Shown: piece after piece, positions 37,425 through 51,195 of the stretch
How the letters are laid out: the number at the start of each line of letters is the position of its first letter
How positions within the stretch are numbered: position 1 is the first letter of the stretch
Source of the DNA: Raja brachyura
Lineage: Eukaryota
Direction of reading: 5' to 3'
NCBI GenBank assembly: GCA_963514005.1
Contig: OY740807.1
Coordinates: forward strand, 14,136,001-14,200,000
DNA length: 64,000 bases
Made by a program: the position numbers and the translations under genes
The notes under the pieces: model-generated
Databases searched by the model: none
The model's input: the letters and a program-made list of their open reading frames with translations, nothing else
Told to the model about the DNA's origin: nothing

Positions 37425-38050
37425 ACTACTTCATCAATGACCTTCCTTCAATCAGGGTAGGAAGTAGGTTGTCTGCTGATGATTGCACCATGTTCAATTG
37501 CATTTGCAACTCCTCAGCAATTGAACCAGTCCATACATGCACGAGGGTAGACCTAGAAAGTATCCAACTGTAGTGGCAAGTAAAATTCATACTGCAGAAA
37601 AAGCATGCATTAAATATTTCCAATAAGAGAGAGCCCAATCATTTATCCTTAACATTCTGCAGCATCAACAAGTCCCCCCACAGTCAACGTCCTGTGAGGA
37701 TTTGGAATGCAGTGAGAGTTGCCAAATTGAGTAACTGCAGCTCTTCTTATAGATGATCAGAAACTCGAGTGAACCATTGACATATATATCAACACTACAA
37801 GAGCTGGTCAGATGTTTGGTGTTCCGACTCACCTCTTGATACCACTCAGCCTTTCCACCATCAGGAAATGCAACAGAATTATGTCAACTTGCTGCATAAG
37901 TGGACCTCCAACTCTCAAGTAGCTCAATACCACCCAAGCTTGATTGATACAACTCCAATCGCCTTAAATAATAATTCCCTCGACTACTGCATACAGTGAC
38001 TACAGTGTGTACCATCTTGAAGAGACGACTCCAACAGGACTCCCAAACAT
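37425..38050 (+). mobile_element. Decayed non-LTR RT, family of 10540-11645
   Basis: ttcatcaatgaccttccttca...gctgatgattgcacc (FINDLPS...ADDCT). Confidence 0.65.
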
Positions 38051-38590
38051 TTGGAGAAGTGGACCTGTGTCATAAGCAGTTCTTCAGCTGAGTGCCTATC
38101 ATTAATGTCTTTGTAAAATAAATAACACATTATATCAAAGTGTTGTGGCCAACAATGGATTCAAAGAAAAACCAGGAGAAATATCTTTATCTGCAAAGTA
38201 GTAAAAATGAAAACATCTGTGGTTGAGTTGAATAGCATGGTGACAGTTAAGGGAATGAATTGAAGGAGATTCTGACAATATTGGTTAAGTTCAGGGGAAG
38301 CTTCCATGCTACTGTAGAACAGATGGGTTGAAGTTACTACTGTGCTGCAATTACAATTGTATTTAGTTTGTATAATCAACACATATCTCTGATACTTGAT
38401 AGAATATAGATTAATCTTTCATCTTTATGCTGCTCAACATTCCTGAATGTGGTTTTGTTCCAACTGAAGAATATCATTGTCAATCTCAGAGGCAGGAGAT
38501 GTTTAACATAAATACATTCTGAAAGAATTTGAAGCGAGTTTCACAAATATGATTAGGAAAAACTTAACATGGTTCTGAAATTGGCTAAGT

Positions 38591-38860
38591 TAGAAACATA
38601 GAAACATAGAAATTAGGTGCAGGAATAGGCCATTCGGCCCTTCGAGCCTGCACCGCCATTCAATATGATCATGGCTGATCATCCAACTCAGTATCCCGTA
38701 CCTGCCTTCTCTCCATACCCTCTAATCCCCTTATCCACAAGGGCCACATCTAACTCCCTCTTAAATATATCCAATGAACTGGCCTCAACTACCCTCTGTG
38801 GCAGAGAGTTCCAGAGAGCCACCACTCTCTGTGTGAAAAAATTCCTTCTCATCTCGGTTG
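38591..38860 (-). mobile_element. Young CR1 3' fragment
   Basis: Near-identical to 27729-28000. Confidence 0.9.
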
Positions 38861-39112
38861 TTAGATTCTAAACCTAAATTGTTGGAGTATATCCTTTTTC
38901 CTTTTTTCAAAATAGATTCTCTGTTTTGTATCTGGATCTGTTTCTCCAGCCTTTAATACTATAAGTAACTAGTTGCTGGGGTGCTGACATTAAAAATGTT
39001 TAAGTGATGGAAGGCAAACTTGGACATGACATCTCTTATGAAGATATGACTTTAAAAGCAATACTTCACATGGTTTGCAAGCTACCTCAACATACCTCTC
39101 TACTCATATGAA

Positions 39113-39395
39113 ATAGAACATGGAATCACATGAACAGGTCCTTCGGCCCATAATGTCTGTGAAGAACGTGTTGCCAAGTCAAAGTAATCTCATCTACCTA
39201 TACATAATTTGTATATCTTCCATACCCTTCTCTAAAAGGCTCTTAAAAGCCACTATTATATCTGCCTCCACCAGCATCCCAGGCAAATTCCAGGGACCCA
39301 CTACTCTTTGTGTAAAAAAAGTTGCCCATCTCATCTCCTTTAAACATTAGCCCTCTCACCTTAAAGCTATGCCTTCTAGTATTTGACATTTCCAT
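39113..39395 (-). mobile_element. CR1 LINE 3' end
   Basis: acaggtccttcggccca...ccctctcaccttaaagctatgccttctagt. Confidence 0.8.
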
Positions 39396-40454
39396 TCAAG
39401 GCCGAGGTCATTGCTTTAATCTGATTTATAAATCAAATGTTCTTTTTTATTTCACAGCAGCCCCTGACTTTTAACAATAATTTACAATTTGCTTTATATA
39501 ATTCGGTATATTTTTCCATGTCAACTAAAAATGAATGATACACTGGTGTATGGTGAGTGACTGAGTGAAATTCCATTTTGATTACATGGTACGCCTGGTT
39601 ATTTACCAGTGATTTGGGATTACTTTCTGGAATTCTCTCTTCTTTTTTTCTCCAAAACCCTCAAACCCTCAAACTTTGACATGTAATATCAATGCTACTT
39701 TTCAATTCCGTTTCTAAAAAGGGAAATTGATCAATTTCAGAATGGTGCTTATTAGCTCTGTCTCGGTTATTACTAGTGTTTAGAGTAGGATCCAAAGATT
39801 TAAGATAAGCAATTTCCAGCCATTTTCAAATTTCACGGGCCAATGCATCGCTTTCTAACAAAATCTCTGGTTTCTTTGATTTTTTTACATCAAAGAAATG
39901 TTTAAATTGCTCAAATATTCAGAGCAATATCCAAACCCACATCCCAGGATAATGGGCCTGTTGGCACTCACACACCCTGCAGCTGCACTGGAACCAAAGT
40001 ACAAGCAAATCTCATGCAGCAGTCCACCCTTCTTTATTAACTCAAGTAATGAAAATTGATACCACTCAAATGGTGACTAAGGATGCACAATGATTTCCAA
40101 GTTGCTCTTGAGCTGCCTTGTTCATCAGTCTAGAATGCAACGTATGGACTTACATTAGATTCCCTTATCAGCAGAGTTCCATGCTGATTAAGAAACAACC
40201 TGTGCAGTAAAGTAGTTGCAGTTCTGGTTGATTCATATTCTGTAGTATGCACAGCGTGTGCGATTCCCCAACCAAAATTAGACAGGTAATCGGATGTCCT
40301 TTTTAAGGAACCCCAAGAAACTGCAACTGCTAGAATCCTGAGCAAAACACAAACCGCCGGCTGGATGAACTCAGCAGGTCAGGCTTGAGGATTGGTCTGG
40401 TTTGAGAACACTGCGGTACAATTGAAAGCATTGCAAATTAAAACAAAGTTAAGT

Positions 40455-40902
40455 GCAGAAGCCTAAAGCCCCACACCACACGGTTCACGAACAGCCACGT
40501 TACTGCAACCATCAGTTCCTGAACCGATCTACACAATCCTAATTCCACCTCGGCAATGGAACCACCTCCTGCTCCACCTTGTTTTTCTCATTGTGTTTTG
40601 CGCTAATGGTTTGATTTTGCGGTAATTTTCTTTACCTGATGATCCCAATTAAGTCTTTACCCCTACCCCCACTCAAGATATTAAGAAGGTGCCGATTATA
40701 GTAGGGATTGTAATATCAAGCCCTATATAAGCTCAACTTTTCATTGTCTTGTGGAATGTATGCATAATTCTGTATGATGTCTGAGCCAAAATGCGAATAT
40801 GTTCAATAACACAATGATAGTAGGAAAGTGGCTGCTGCAAGCAAGATTTTCAATGTACCTGAACCTCGTCGCATGTGACAATAAACTCTACCTGACTTGA
40901 CT
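40455..40902 (+). mobile_element. Rex1/Babar-like LINE 3' end
   Basis: agaagcctaaagccccacaccacacggttcacgaacagc (RSLKPHTTRFTNS); tail gtgacaataaactctacctgacttgac. Confidence 0.65.
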
Positions 40903-41599
40903 TTAACAGTTGGATTGTATATCTCCTGAGCTATTGGGTCTTCTAAAATTGTCTTGTGAACAATGTGGTGTGCTGGACTCGCAAGAGTTATTTTTGTTCA
41001 CGTTAGTGAATGGCCGAATATCAAAATCGTTCTACCGTGATGTTCAAATTTAACAAGCAGATTCAATAGAATCCTTCAAACGGGTATTAGATGTTTAGAT
41101 GGGTTCAAAAGTCTTGTCGGGAATGTGGGGCGAAACCACCGGATTGGAACTAATTGGCGAACTCTTTACACCTACACAATGTGCCGAGACCATTCTTTTA
41201 ACGTACATTCGTCTTTCTATTTTATTTAAGAATTTTGTTGTAAGCTCATTCTTCTGAACATGTAACTCAGATATGTTGCTCCGTGTCGCCTCAAATAGGG
41301 CCACCGTTTACTATAATAAAGCTGCACGTCTGTCTTTTTATTTTGTTTCTAATCATTTGATAAGGATATAGATATATAAGCAGGTAGAGAGCACGATATG
41401 TTATTATTTAAAACAAAATAAGGAGCATTAAATAAAGATTAGAACATCCCCATACGATGAGGGGGAAAGCTTAATAATATATTCATTTGATAAACTTTTA
41501 AATTATTACGTTTTGAAATATTTCTGTGAAGGAATTTGAGGCTTTAACTTCAAGATTTTTGTGATAAAACTTATTGTGCGTGGAAATTTTTAAAGCTCC

Positions 41600-41876
41600 G
41601 GCACGGTAAACGGACGCAGCGGTAGAGATGCTGCCTTGCAGCGCCAGGGACCCGGGTTCGATCCTGACTGCGGGTGTTTGTCTGTCCGATGTTTGTACGT
41701 TATCCCCGTGACCTGTGTGGGTTTTCCACGGGGGCTCCGGTTTTCTCCCACACTCCAACGAATTGCAGTTTTGTAGGTTAATTGGCTCGGTATCATTGTA
41801 AATTGTCCCTAGTGTGTGTAGGATAGTGTTAATGTGCGAGGTCGGTGCGTACGCTGTATTTTTAAACTAAACTAAA
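41600..41876 (+). mobile_element. HE1-type V-SINE with 3' internal deletion
   Basis: B box ggttcgatcc at 41655-41664; V-core; (TAAAC)n tail; CpGs retained. Confidence 0.9.
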
Positions 41877-42054
41877 TTCCGAGCAATTGTGTCAAGGAAC
41901 GTCAATACACTAAACCTCAATAAACTGTGTCAAGCACCCATCATTGCCACTGAATAACCGAATCCTTGGCCATTGGTGACAATAGCCTCATAATTGTGAA
42001 GTGATGTATAGATTGGATTTATAGATATAGAGATTTATAGAAGTGTTGTATAGA

Positions 42055-42272
42055 TAGCGTCATACAGCACAGAAACAGGCCGTTCGGCCCAATTTACCCA
42101 TGCTGACCAAGCTGCCCCGTCTACGCTCGTTCCACTTGTCCTTGTTTGGCCCATCTCCCTCGAAGCATTTCCTGTCCATGTACCTGTCCAAATATATGTT
42201 AAGTATTGTTATAGTATCTGCTTCAACTTCCTCCTCTGGCAACTCATTCTATATATCCATTACCCTCTGTGT
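42055..42272 (-). mobile_element. CR1 LINE 3' end
   Basis: ORF 42060-42242 PEEEVEADTITILNIYLDRYMDRK. Confidence 0.8.
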
Positions 42273-44229
42273 TAAAAATAATTACAGAAAAAGCAAAGTT
42301 CTGCAAATGCTGCATATTTGGAACAAAATCAGAAAGTGTGCGCACGGCGGGCCACACGACAAAGAACGACGTAGGAACTGGCCCTTCCGCACAAAATGCT
42401 TGTGCGGAGCAAGATATCAAGTTATATTAACATCCCTCCATTCCCCGCATATCCATGTGCCTATGTAGAAGCCTCTTTAAACGCCACTATCCTATCTGTC
42501 TCCACCACAACCCCTGGCAGCGGGGTTCACGGCAACCACTGATCTTTGTGTTAAAAAACATATATACAAATATCGGAGAACTCCTGGCTTTAACTTTGTG
42601 AAACGTTGCAGCTAACTTGCCCCAAAACACATAGACGGAGGAAAGAAAGTTGCTGCGCGGGCCAGTGTGTGTTTCCAGCTGTTTCTTTCTATTGCTCCGG
42701 GTTCCCTGCACTTGCTTGTTTACTTGTGATTAAGACGATAAGCATATATCATCCTTTTTTGACACAACCTCCCTAAACCAAATGAAAGTTAAAGGTACAT
42801 TTGTTTTGCGTCTGTATCGCAACTTCAGCTCTTTTGTTTTTCCAGTTGGTTTTGCACTTGGCAGTGATGTCCAGTTGTTGGTATAAATCACCCTCACTCG
42901 GGACGAATGAGAAAACGATTGCTCTGGGAGGCACAGACCCTTGGTGTGGTACAAAGTGTAACTCCCATTTCGGACCATGCTAAATGCCCCACCCCTCACC
43001 CGCCCCACCCCCACCCTAAACCCCAACAACCTTCCTTCGGACCTCCCGGCAATTTTAATACTTACAGTTCACTGAAATGTTTGGACAGAACTGCCTGCAC
43101 ACTCTAAACATTTGGAAGATTTTATTACTGTGGAGAAACTCCTCTGATGTGTATCTGTGGCAGAACTGTGTCTCAGACGGAGCGTAGAAGGGTCTGCCTG
43201 GTTGGAAACCCCCAATAACGAGCCTAGATAGTAAAGGAGGTATAAACTGGTCTGGCAGTGGATAATAAATGGGTGGTCTTTGAAAGCCAGTTGGGAAAAT
43301 ACTGGAGACAATCTAAGCACTCGTCCGAAAAATACATGAAGAAGGCAAGTCTCTCCAGGAATTACTGGATGTACATATTAAAAAGAATACAGATAATGCC
43401 CACCGCACAATCAACTGTCCGCCCATTGTTAGATAGGAGATCGCATTATCATTGTAAACGTTAACACGATGCGATCGGCAACTATTGTGGTGTTGACTTT
43501 TAAATAACCATCTCCTTCTCCCCGGTTACACGTTCAAACAATGTAAAACGCTGACTGTGAATAGTGGCGACAATAGAAGGAGATCGGCACATAGGGAACA
43601 GCAGACGCTGGAATCCCGGGTAAAACACAACGTTCTAGAGTAAATGGAAATAGGGAATTATATTAAACTATATTATGTTAAATTGTTTCCTCTTATTTCG
43701 CTCAGGCCTTCTGAAGGAAAGGCGAGTGAGAAACACAGTATGTAAGACCCCTTTACCCGTAAAGAACTGGCTCAAGAAGATTACCAGCCATGGCCGCTGA
43801 AACTGAAGAAGCAGCGTTCAAGACAGTGTGTAGAACCTAGAATCGTGCATCAGGAGCACACAGAAGCCCCGTGGAAGCGAAACAGAGCATAAACTCACAG
43901 AATACCACGTCTGGGAACAGCCTATGGTCCCCACGTTAGCCTCAGGAGTCCCCACCAAACAGGAGTGATTCTCAGTCAGAAAAAAAGTTCTGAATTGTAG
44001 AAACAAAGAACTGCATATGGTAATTTATACCAAATATAGGTACAAAATACTGGAGTAATCCCAGCACTTTATGTCGATATTTGATCCGATTAGTTTGAAG
44101 ATCAGCGAAAATTAATATCAGACACGTTGGACCCCATATATTGCAAAGAACACTCATTAAAACGTAACTGCGTTGGTTAAAATTATCCTATGCTGGAAAT
44201 ATGTTCCGGAAAATATATAAACATTTTAA

Positions 44230-45425
44230 ATGTGTAAAATGGATCCTTAGAAATATCTGATAAGGAATAATATAAAAATAAACGAGACTGTTCGGCATAT
44301 GGTAGACGACCGGAATGGTCCGCATCGCGTAGTTTCCAGAAGTTCTCAAAGTTGGACAGGGGCATTATCCAGCACTGTTTCAAAAAGCGCTGGCCCAATA
44401 AATGTAGAGTAACTCCATCAATTGTTGTAAAATCTAATTTGGCCGCGTAACTTGGTATGGGAACAGAACGCGCTGATGGGATCGGAGCGAGCGAGTGGCG
44501 ACATTGATTAGTTAACATAGAGTGGGAATTAATTAGTCATGCAGATATGCCAAGGTGTAAGAAATGGCGAGTTGCAATGATGGGTTGCAGTTATTTTACT
44601 TAATATCAATTGCAAATGAGCAACGCTAACGGATTACACCAGCGACGACACAAAGCCAAGCGGGCGAGCGGATGTTGAGGAGGATGGAAATATGACATAA
44701 ATTGATAAGCGATCGTGTGTACCAATGTTGCATCGCGGGAACATGCAGAATTCACCAATTTGGTATAAAGAAGAGAACATTAGAATAGTTTAAAGATAGT
44801 TAGTTCAGTGGCATTTGTCTGCCCTTGTGCACAAATCATAGGAGGTTAAGGCGCAGGTAAAGCAAGGTATCAGACAGGTAATTGGATGGCTAATCATCAA
44901 TGTGTCAGGCATGCAACAGACCTACTGCAATTGGACATTATTTTGGTTTAGCCGGACATGGTCTGAAGCATTGCTTGGCCCTCTTCGCTGATGAAGTACC
45001 CCAAATGTGTGCAACAAACCTTCTGTAAACTATTACCTCCATGGAAAGGACTGCCCTGTGATGATGATACTCGTTTGAGTTTAGAAGAATAGATTATCTC
45101 GGTGAAATGTATAAACTTCAGAGAGCGTTACTTGGTGGGCGACGAGGGTCTCTGGCTGGAGATTGAAGAACCTGGCCCATACGCCGCCGGTGAGGCAGGG
45201 AACGCAAAGAAATCCTTCACGTAAATGTTTGAGAATTGCCTACGACTCAGTCGGGAATGAGATCCCGTATACTCAAGACTGAGATAGATGGATTTGCGTT
45301 CCGGACCGGAACGCTGAGATTGGCAATGGGGATGACAAAGTGCCGATGGCTTGAAGATTCAGCTAACAACATAATGGGTTGTGGGAATGTGGGAACTAAA
45401 TCGGCCTGATACTGTTTCCTAAATA
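44230..45425 (+). mobile_element. Heavily diverged CR1 RT and 3' end
   Basis: gcgacgacacaaagc (DDTK), cccttgtgcacaaatca, gagtttagaagaatagattatctcggtgaaatgtataaa remnants in collinear order. Confidence 0.55.
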
Positions 45426-45937
45426 GGGATTGTTCACTTCCTTGAGCAAGCTCGGCCATTTAATGAGTTCGTAGCTGATTTCATGTCAGCATTTTGGTTG
45501 CACAACCTTTACTTGTTTTGCCTAACGAAAACGTATCAACATTACAATTGAACGTCGATACATAATAAACTCACTGAACAGGATGTCCCAGACACCTGAA
45601 ATATTATCTGCCATGAACTTCGTGTGGCTGTAACTCCACGCGTTCATGTTTCGATTAAGCGAGAAATTGTTTCTGATGTATGATGTGCAATCTCACAACT
45701 ATGAAAATAAAACACCCTGTAACATATATTTTGAGAAGTAGTTTCGAAGACATATTTTGACACAGAACGTCCTCCAATGTCAAGGCCACACGCAAATCCT
45801 CCCATGAAATCAGCCGCCGATTTCCCAAACAATCGTGTCAGCAGCCTAATTTGAACTTCCTTCGGGAAATCCAACCAAACTCGGGCCAGAGTAAACACCG
45901 ATCATTAGGTATCTGGGGGGAACTATATAAAACATTA

Positions 45938-46069
45938 AAGATAGACACAAAATGCTGGAGTAACTCAGCGAGACAGCAGCATCTCTGGAAAGAAGAGTCC
46001 CGCTGAGCCACGCCAGCATCTTGTGTCTATCTTCGGTGTCAACCAGCATCTGTAGTTCCTTCCGACACA
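45938..46069. mobile_element. Fold-back Penelope-like pLTR element lacking the hammerhead core
   Basis: aagatagacacaaaatgctggagtaactcagcgagac ... gtcccgctgagccacgccagcatcttgtgtctatctt. Confidence 0.85.
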
Positions 46070-47114
46070 GAAAAAACCATTAGCCCCCATAGGATGGAAC
46101 TTTCTATTATGCACAATATTGAACATTTGTTTGCAACTTGCAGGCGTTTGCAGTCTCGATACTGGCTGGTTCTGTTCACGATATCTAGCATATAAATCAA
46201 TAATCGATTATAAATTACCTTGAATTAAGTATATTTCTGGGACCGTTACGTCACGCAAAGGCCTCCTTGTTCATTTCTCATCTCCCTGCCCCCTCGCTTT
46301 ATCAGCTTGTCAGTTTTAGCTTCTGTATAATGTGACCTATTTGTACCTGGATTCTATCATCGGAATGTCATATGACCATTTGCTGCAAAACATTGCCATC
46401 ACCTTTTCTGTCGCTTGTTTCTTTCCTCCTCTGCACCGATTATCGCCTTTTTATTTCGCCTTAATACTGCCCACGTGTTCAAGCCGAGACACTTAAGGGG
46501 CACAAAACCTGTGCCCAGAGTTTTCAGCAACCTCTAACACATTGAGTGAAGCTCAACACCATTAGAAATTTCACGACAGTGGGAGACGAAAGAGCTCCAC
46601 GCAATTTGTGCGAGGCGCTGCAATTATTCACTAGAGAGCATTCAATGGGAAGAAGTTGCTAACTTCAAGAATAAACCGAGAATTGAAAGAGACAACCCAA
46701 ACCTTCATGTACCCACACACAAAAAAAATAGGTTTGATGTATAGATATGTGGGTAAGCCGGAAAGAAACTGGAATCGAAAATCGCACGACCCTCTAGATT
46801 CGGTTAGGTCTTTTTTTTTGTCAAAACTCACTGATTTTATAGTCAACTTTTCATTAAAATACTTTGACCTTGTTATCACTGACAAGTGACACAACCATTT
46901 ACAGACAGGGACCTCGCTCCCATTTATCCGTGTGTAGATGGTTTTGGTTCTAAGACCCTCGTAAGCGAAAAAATATTTCTAACAGAAAAATACATGTGTA
47001 AATTAGAAGAAGGCTTAAATTAAGTTAAAATTATCAGAGGTAACTCTAAATGTATTTTGGGTTGATTTTCGAGCTTCAATACACAGGAAAACAAATTTGG
47101 CAGAATCGCAACAA

Positions 47115-47364
47115 NNNNNNNNNNNNNNNNNNNNNNNNNNNNNNNNNNNNNNNNNNNNNNNNNNNNNNNNNNNNNNNNNNNNNNNNNNNNNNNNNNNNNN
47201 NNNNNNNNNNNNNNNNNNNNNNNNNNNNNNNNNNNNNNNNNNNNNNNNNNNNNNNNNNNNNNNNNNNNNNNNNNNNNNNNNNNNNNNNNNNNNNNNNNNN
47301 NNNNNNNNNNNNNNNNNNNNNNNNNNNNNNNNNNNNNNNNNNNNNNNNNNNNNNNNNNNNNNNN
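47115..47364. other. Assembly gap
   Basis: Run of N. Confidence 1.
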
Positions 47365-49762
47365 AATTTTATTTCCTGCTTGGTTTGAAAGCGAAAGATT
47401 AAGATTAATTAAAAGTGTGTTATATTTGTTGTGTTTTATTTAGATTTATACATTAGGCCCGTTACCTGCAGTTGTGGCGGGTTCTCCTCACATCCCGCCC
47501 TCTCCATTCAATATTTCATTAATGCCAAAAAAAAAGTTCCTTGTGGTTTACTTTCGCACATCGATCACATTATCCTCGCGTCACATTAGATGCTTTTATG
47601 TTGGGTCCGTTGACCAATTTACCAATCGCACATGGAGCGATGGAACTGGGCATATCTCCACTTTAAAAAAAAATCAATTTTACTTAGTTTTGGCTGTTCC
47701 TCTTCGAATGGCTCTATAATTATAACGTTCCCCCCAAATAACGGTCTCGTTAAACTCTTAATGGCAATTATATGTCTCCGATTGTTTGTTGTAATCCTGT
47801 TTTGAACAATGGAATATGGTTAGAAAAATAATGGTTTTTAAAGTTACTATCGTCCGGAACATCCACGGTAATTCTCCTTCATAGTTGGTGGTGAGGGTGG
47901 GAGGGTGTGGGGGGGTTGTTGGGTGGGGGAGAAATCCTAGCAGAGTAAATGCAAACATCCCTAACAGCGTTGATGTAATTACTCAACACAGCTAAATATT
48001 CTGCTTGGTTATCCACATTTTGTTGAATAACCCAATTTAACGATATCACTATGGGTCTATCTTACCCACATATCTAAACGTTGAGGATCTATTCCTCGGC
48101 GGGATCCCAGAGTAAGGATTTGCAACCCCTGGATTCTCGCTCTGTCTGGGTTGCACATTACTTTGGTAAGGTACCAATATACACAACTCAATGTGTCAAA
48201 TGTATAGGGCGAGGAGTCAGCAATAATTTAAACTCGCAACCTTCAAATAACAACTTGGAATGTGCTTGATGGCGCAGGACATTGATTTATATCTCAAAGA
48301 ATAAATGTCCAGACTAAAGTGGCGAGATGTAGATCTCTTAGATTCGCTGTCAAGCACTTGCTGTTTTAGAACAACGGACATTAAATAGAACAAAAACACC
48401 TTTATTTTTGTTCTCTGCAGACACTCCGTGTTGCTTCTGCACACTCAGATAGACATTTACAAAATGTTTTGCAATAATTAAGTTTACTACTGGTCGTCAG
48501 GATGTCGTATACATTTCCAGACGGAGTCACAGATTCGAAACCTTCAAATCCTGCTGTATCTACCTTGACACATGGCGTGCATGCAGGAAGTCTTCTCTGA
48601 GCATGTCAGACTGAAACACCCCAACAACATTAACCAAGTACATAAACAATGCATTTAAAAATATACTCTTAAAATAAAACATTCAAACACTCTTGCGCCG
48701 AGTTAAATAGATTCCTTTCATAAACGTCCGGTGCCAGTTTTAGCGAATGCGGCTCAGCATTTTCTCTTACTTTTTTCCAATTATTGAGTTGTCTTTATTG
48801 ACCTCACCGTTGCATTCATATCTCACTAGATATATACATTGATGTCTCTGTGTGATTGTGCGCGCACAATCTACAATAGAAAGTATCAGGCGCCAAGCAA
48901 TTTATATCCATTACCAGGTGTGGATTCAAAGTCGAAGCTATCGAAGGCTTTAACTGTAACATCACATTACTTAACAACGTTAGGTAATGGTTAATGGCAG
49001 AGAGAATTCAGATTAATATTTGAGACCAATGAAATGGGATGGAACTAGTGTTCCGTGGTTTGCCAGAATATATAATGAAGATATTCTTGGTTTTTGACAA
49101 TTAACATTCACAAAGCGGGAATTAACATACCCTGAACAAATTAAAGCAGGAAATCAGGAGGTGAGTATTGATATAATAATTACCATTTGCCAATATAATG
49201 CAGATTAATAAATATGTGTGGAACGATCAACGTGGATTATCCATGCACTCGACTAAAATGAACAGAAGTCCGAATTATTTGATTAGATTAGGTAAAATCT
49301 GACTCTGAGATTTTCTGTAATCTGTCAAAATCATTTTTATTCACTGGTTGGCGAAAATAAACATTGCTGGAAAACGTACAAATCCAACGTTCAATTTGGA
49401 ACTTCGACGTTTTGGTTTAAATGGGAAAGTTGAACCAAAGGTTGAAAGGCAGACAAGGGGAGACAAGTTTTCTTGTAAAACACTTCCACTCCTAGGCCGA
49501 TGTGACCAGACAAGCAAGAGTGAGATAATCATAAAATATACAGAAAGGTTATAGTCCACAGTAGGGTCGCGCAGTGACCGAGAGACAGTTAATATTCTGG
49601 TCCGCCAGATCTAGCAAAAACTGTCTCCTCTAAGGTGTTGTACAATTAGGAATTAAACTCTGCACAACTTCAAACTCAAGGGCCTCCTCCTTTGGACAGA
49701 AGCGTTTCAATGCGAAAACTCATTTCCCTTTCTGCAATCGACATCTGACAGAACGAGGGAGA

Positions 49763-49769
<7 letters not shown>

Positions 49770-49806
<37 letters not shown>
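49770..49806 (+). repeat. (GA)n microsatellite
   Basis: Pure GA dinucleotide run. Confidence 0.97.
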
Positions 49807-49811
<5 letters not shown>

Positions 49812-50369
49812 ACGGGCCTTTTCAATTACGATGCAACAGCCCGGTTATAGATTCTAACGGATCTGTATTTTAATTTCATCATACTCCCTTTGCATTGCAT
49901 TTCTATTTAAACAACCGTCACGGATGGTCACTTACAACAAACTGAACCTCGACTTCTATCCGAATCGATCAGCGGTTCGCCATGCGAAGTTTTTCAATAT
50001 GCAGCAAATCCAAATTATTTTAAGGGGGGGCCCCAGTAGTTCCACTGGTGAAAGTACGACCCTGGACCAAAGTCTCGGAATGCACGGCCTCGGGCGAGCC
50101 CAGTAAAAGATATCCCAGGTCTTGCAACCAAGTTGATTTCTGCAGAATTCCCCCGATTGAGAGCGTTCCACTCCCCAACTGCTCCTGGAATAATTGGGGG
50201 GAGGGGGGGGGGGGGATGTCTGATGTATATCTTTATATTATCAATGTAGATAAAGCGAAGTTGAAGGTTATCGGATGATTCTCACGGTGAACCTGCTGGA
50301 TGCTGCAGAATCTCTCCGTTGCTCTGGTGCTCGTTAATGTTCTGAGTACAGGGCCTACTTGCCTTAGCG

Positions 50370-50402
50370 CTGACGTCGACCTGTCAATCAGAACCCGCCT
50401 CC
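50370..50402 (-). promoter_or_regulatory. Clustered CRE-like, PBX-MEIS/PREP and GC-box-like motifs; candidate promoter
   Basis: TGACGTC at 50371-50377, CTGTCAATCA (TGATTGACAG on minus) at 50381-50390, and cccgcctcc adjacent, in CpG-rich context. Confidence 0.4.
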
Positions 50403-51069
50403 TTGCACACGTACAGTCGACTCCAGCACTCTTTTGCATTCAAGTCTCATTGTAACAGACTACGCAAAAAAAAAATCTTTCAGCGAAGTTCAACAATAAT
50501 AAACGGCCCCAGACATCGATCATCGTCAGCTCCTTAACCCACAAGCTCCTACAAGAGGACCAAATAGCATTCTGAGCAGCCGACCAGTCCCTTTTCACTT
50601 CAAAGCAAACGACGTTCCAAAAAAAAAAAAAATCACCATGTGTCCATCTAACTAATTCCACAGAATATCCTGAAGCCCATCCATAACTTTCTAAGCGTGC
50701 CAGTTACTCTGTTCCACAGACTGCAACGTGAACACTGGATCTTAATAACCCTTTCTTGCAGAAGTCCCAAATAAAATGAAACCCAGCGAGTTTACTGAAG
50801 AACGGTCTGCATTGTATATTCATTCATACTTGAAGAATCGCAGACTTTTCAAATAAACTTTAAACAAATTTTACTTCATGTGTGTAAATTCCACAAAGCG
50901 ATTGTTACATTTTTGACTTCTCACCAACGTATAACGTTCGCCAATCTCGGGAAATGACTGGTTTTCCCAGTGCACTAGTGCCCAGATTTAATAGATAACC
51001 CAGTACAAACGCAATAAACGGTGTTTGTGCTTACTCCCTTCACCGATGTCAACTCCTCACTGCTACCAG

Positions 51070-51195
51070 ATAAAGGGTCCTGACCCGAAACGTTGCCTGC
51101 CCAATGCCCTCCACAGATGCTGCCTGACCCGCTGAGTTCCTCCGGTACTTTGTGTTTTGGTCAAGATTCCAACATCTGCAGTCTCTTGAGTCCCC
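51070..51195 (+). mobile_element. Penelope-like pLTR fragment (CUGA lost)
   Basis: aagggtcctgacccgaaacgttgcc...gatgctgcctgacccgctgagttcctcc. Confidence 0.8.

Noticed and set aside
41600-41670. tRNA-like sequence with a B box
   Set aside because: It is a SINE head followed by the V-core; no complete cloverleaf.
43700-43895. Plus-strand acceptor followed by gccATGG
   Set aside because: The ORF stops after 16 codons, and the alternative frame has no start or recognisable homology.
33698-47402. ORFs 33698-34072, 47050-47388 and 47097-47402
   Set aside because: Artefacts of reading through N gaps.
50300-50455. Plus-strand 51-aa ORF MLQNLSVALVLVNVLSTG resembling a signal peptide
   Set aside because: Short, no recognisable mature peptide or splice support, and it overlaps the promoter-like motifs.
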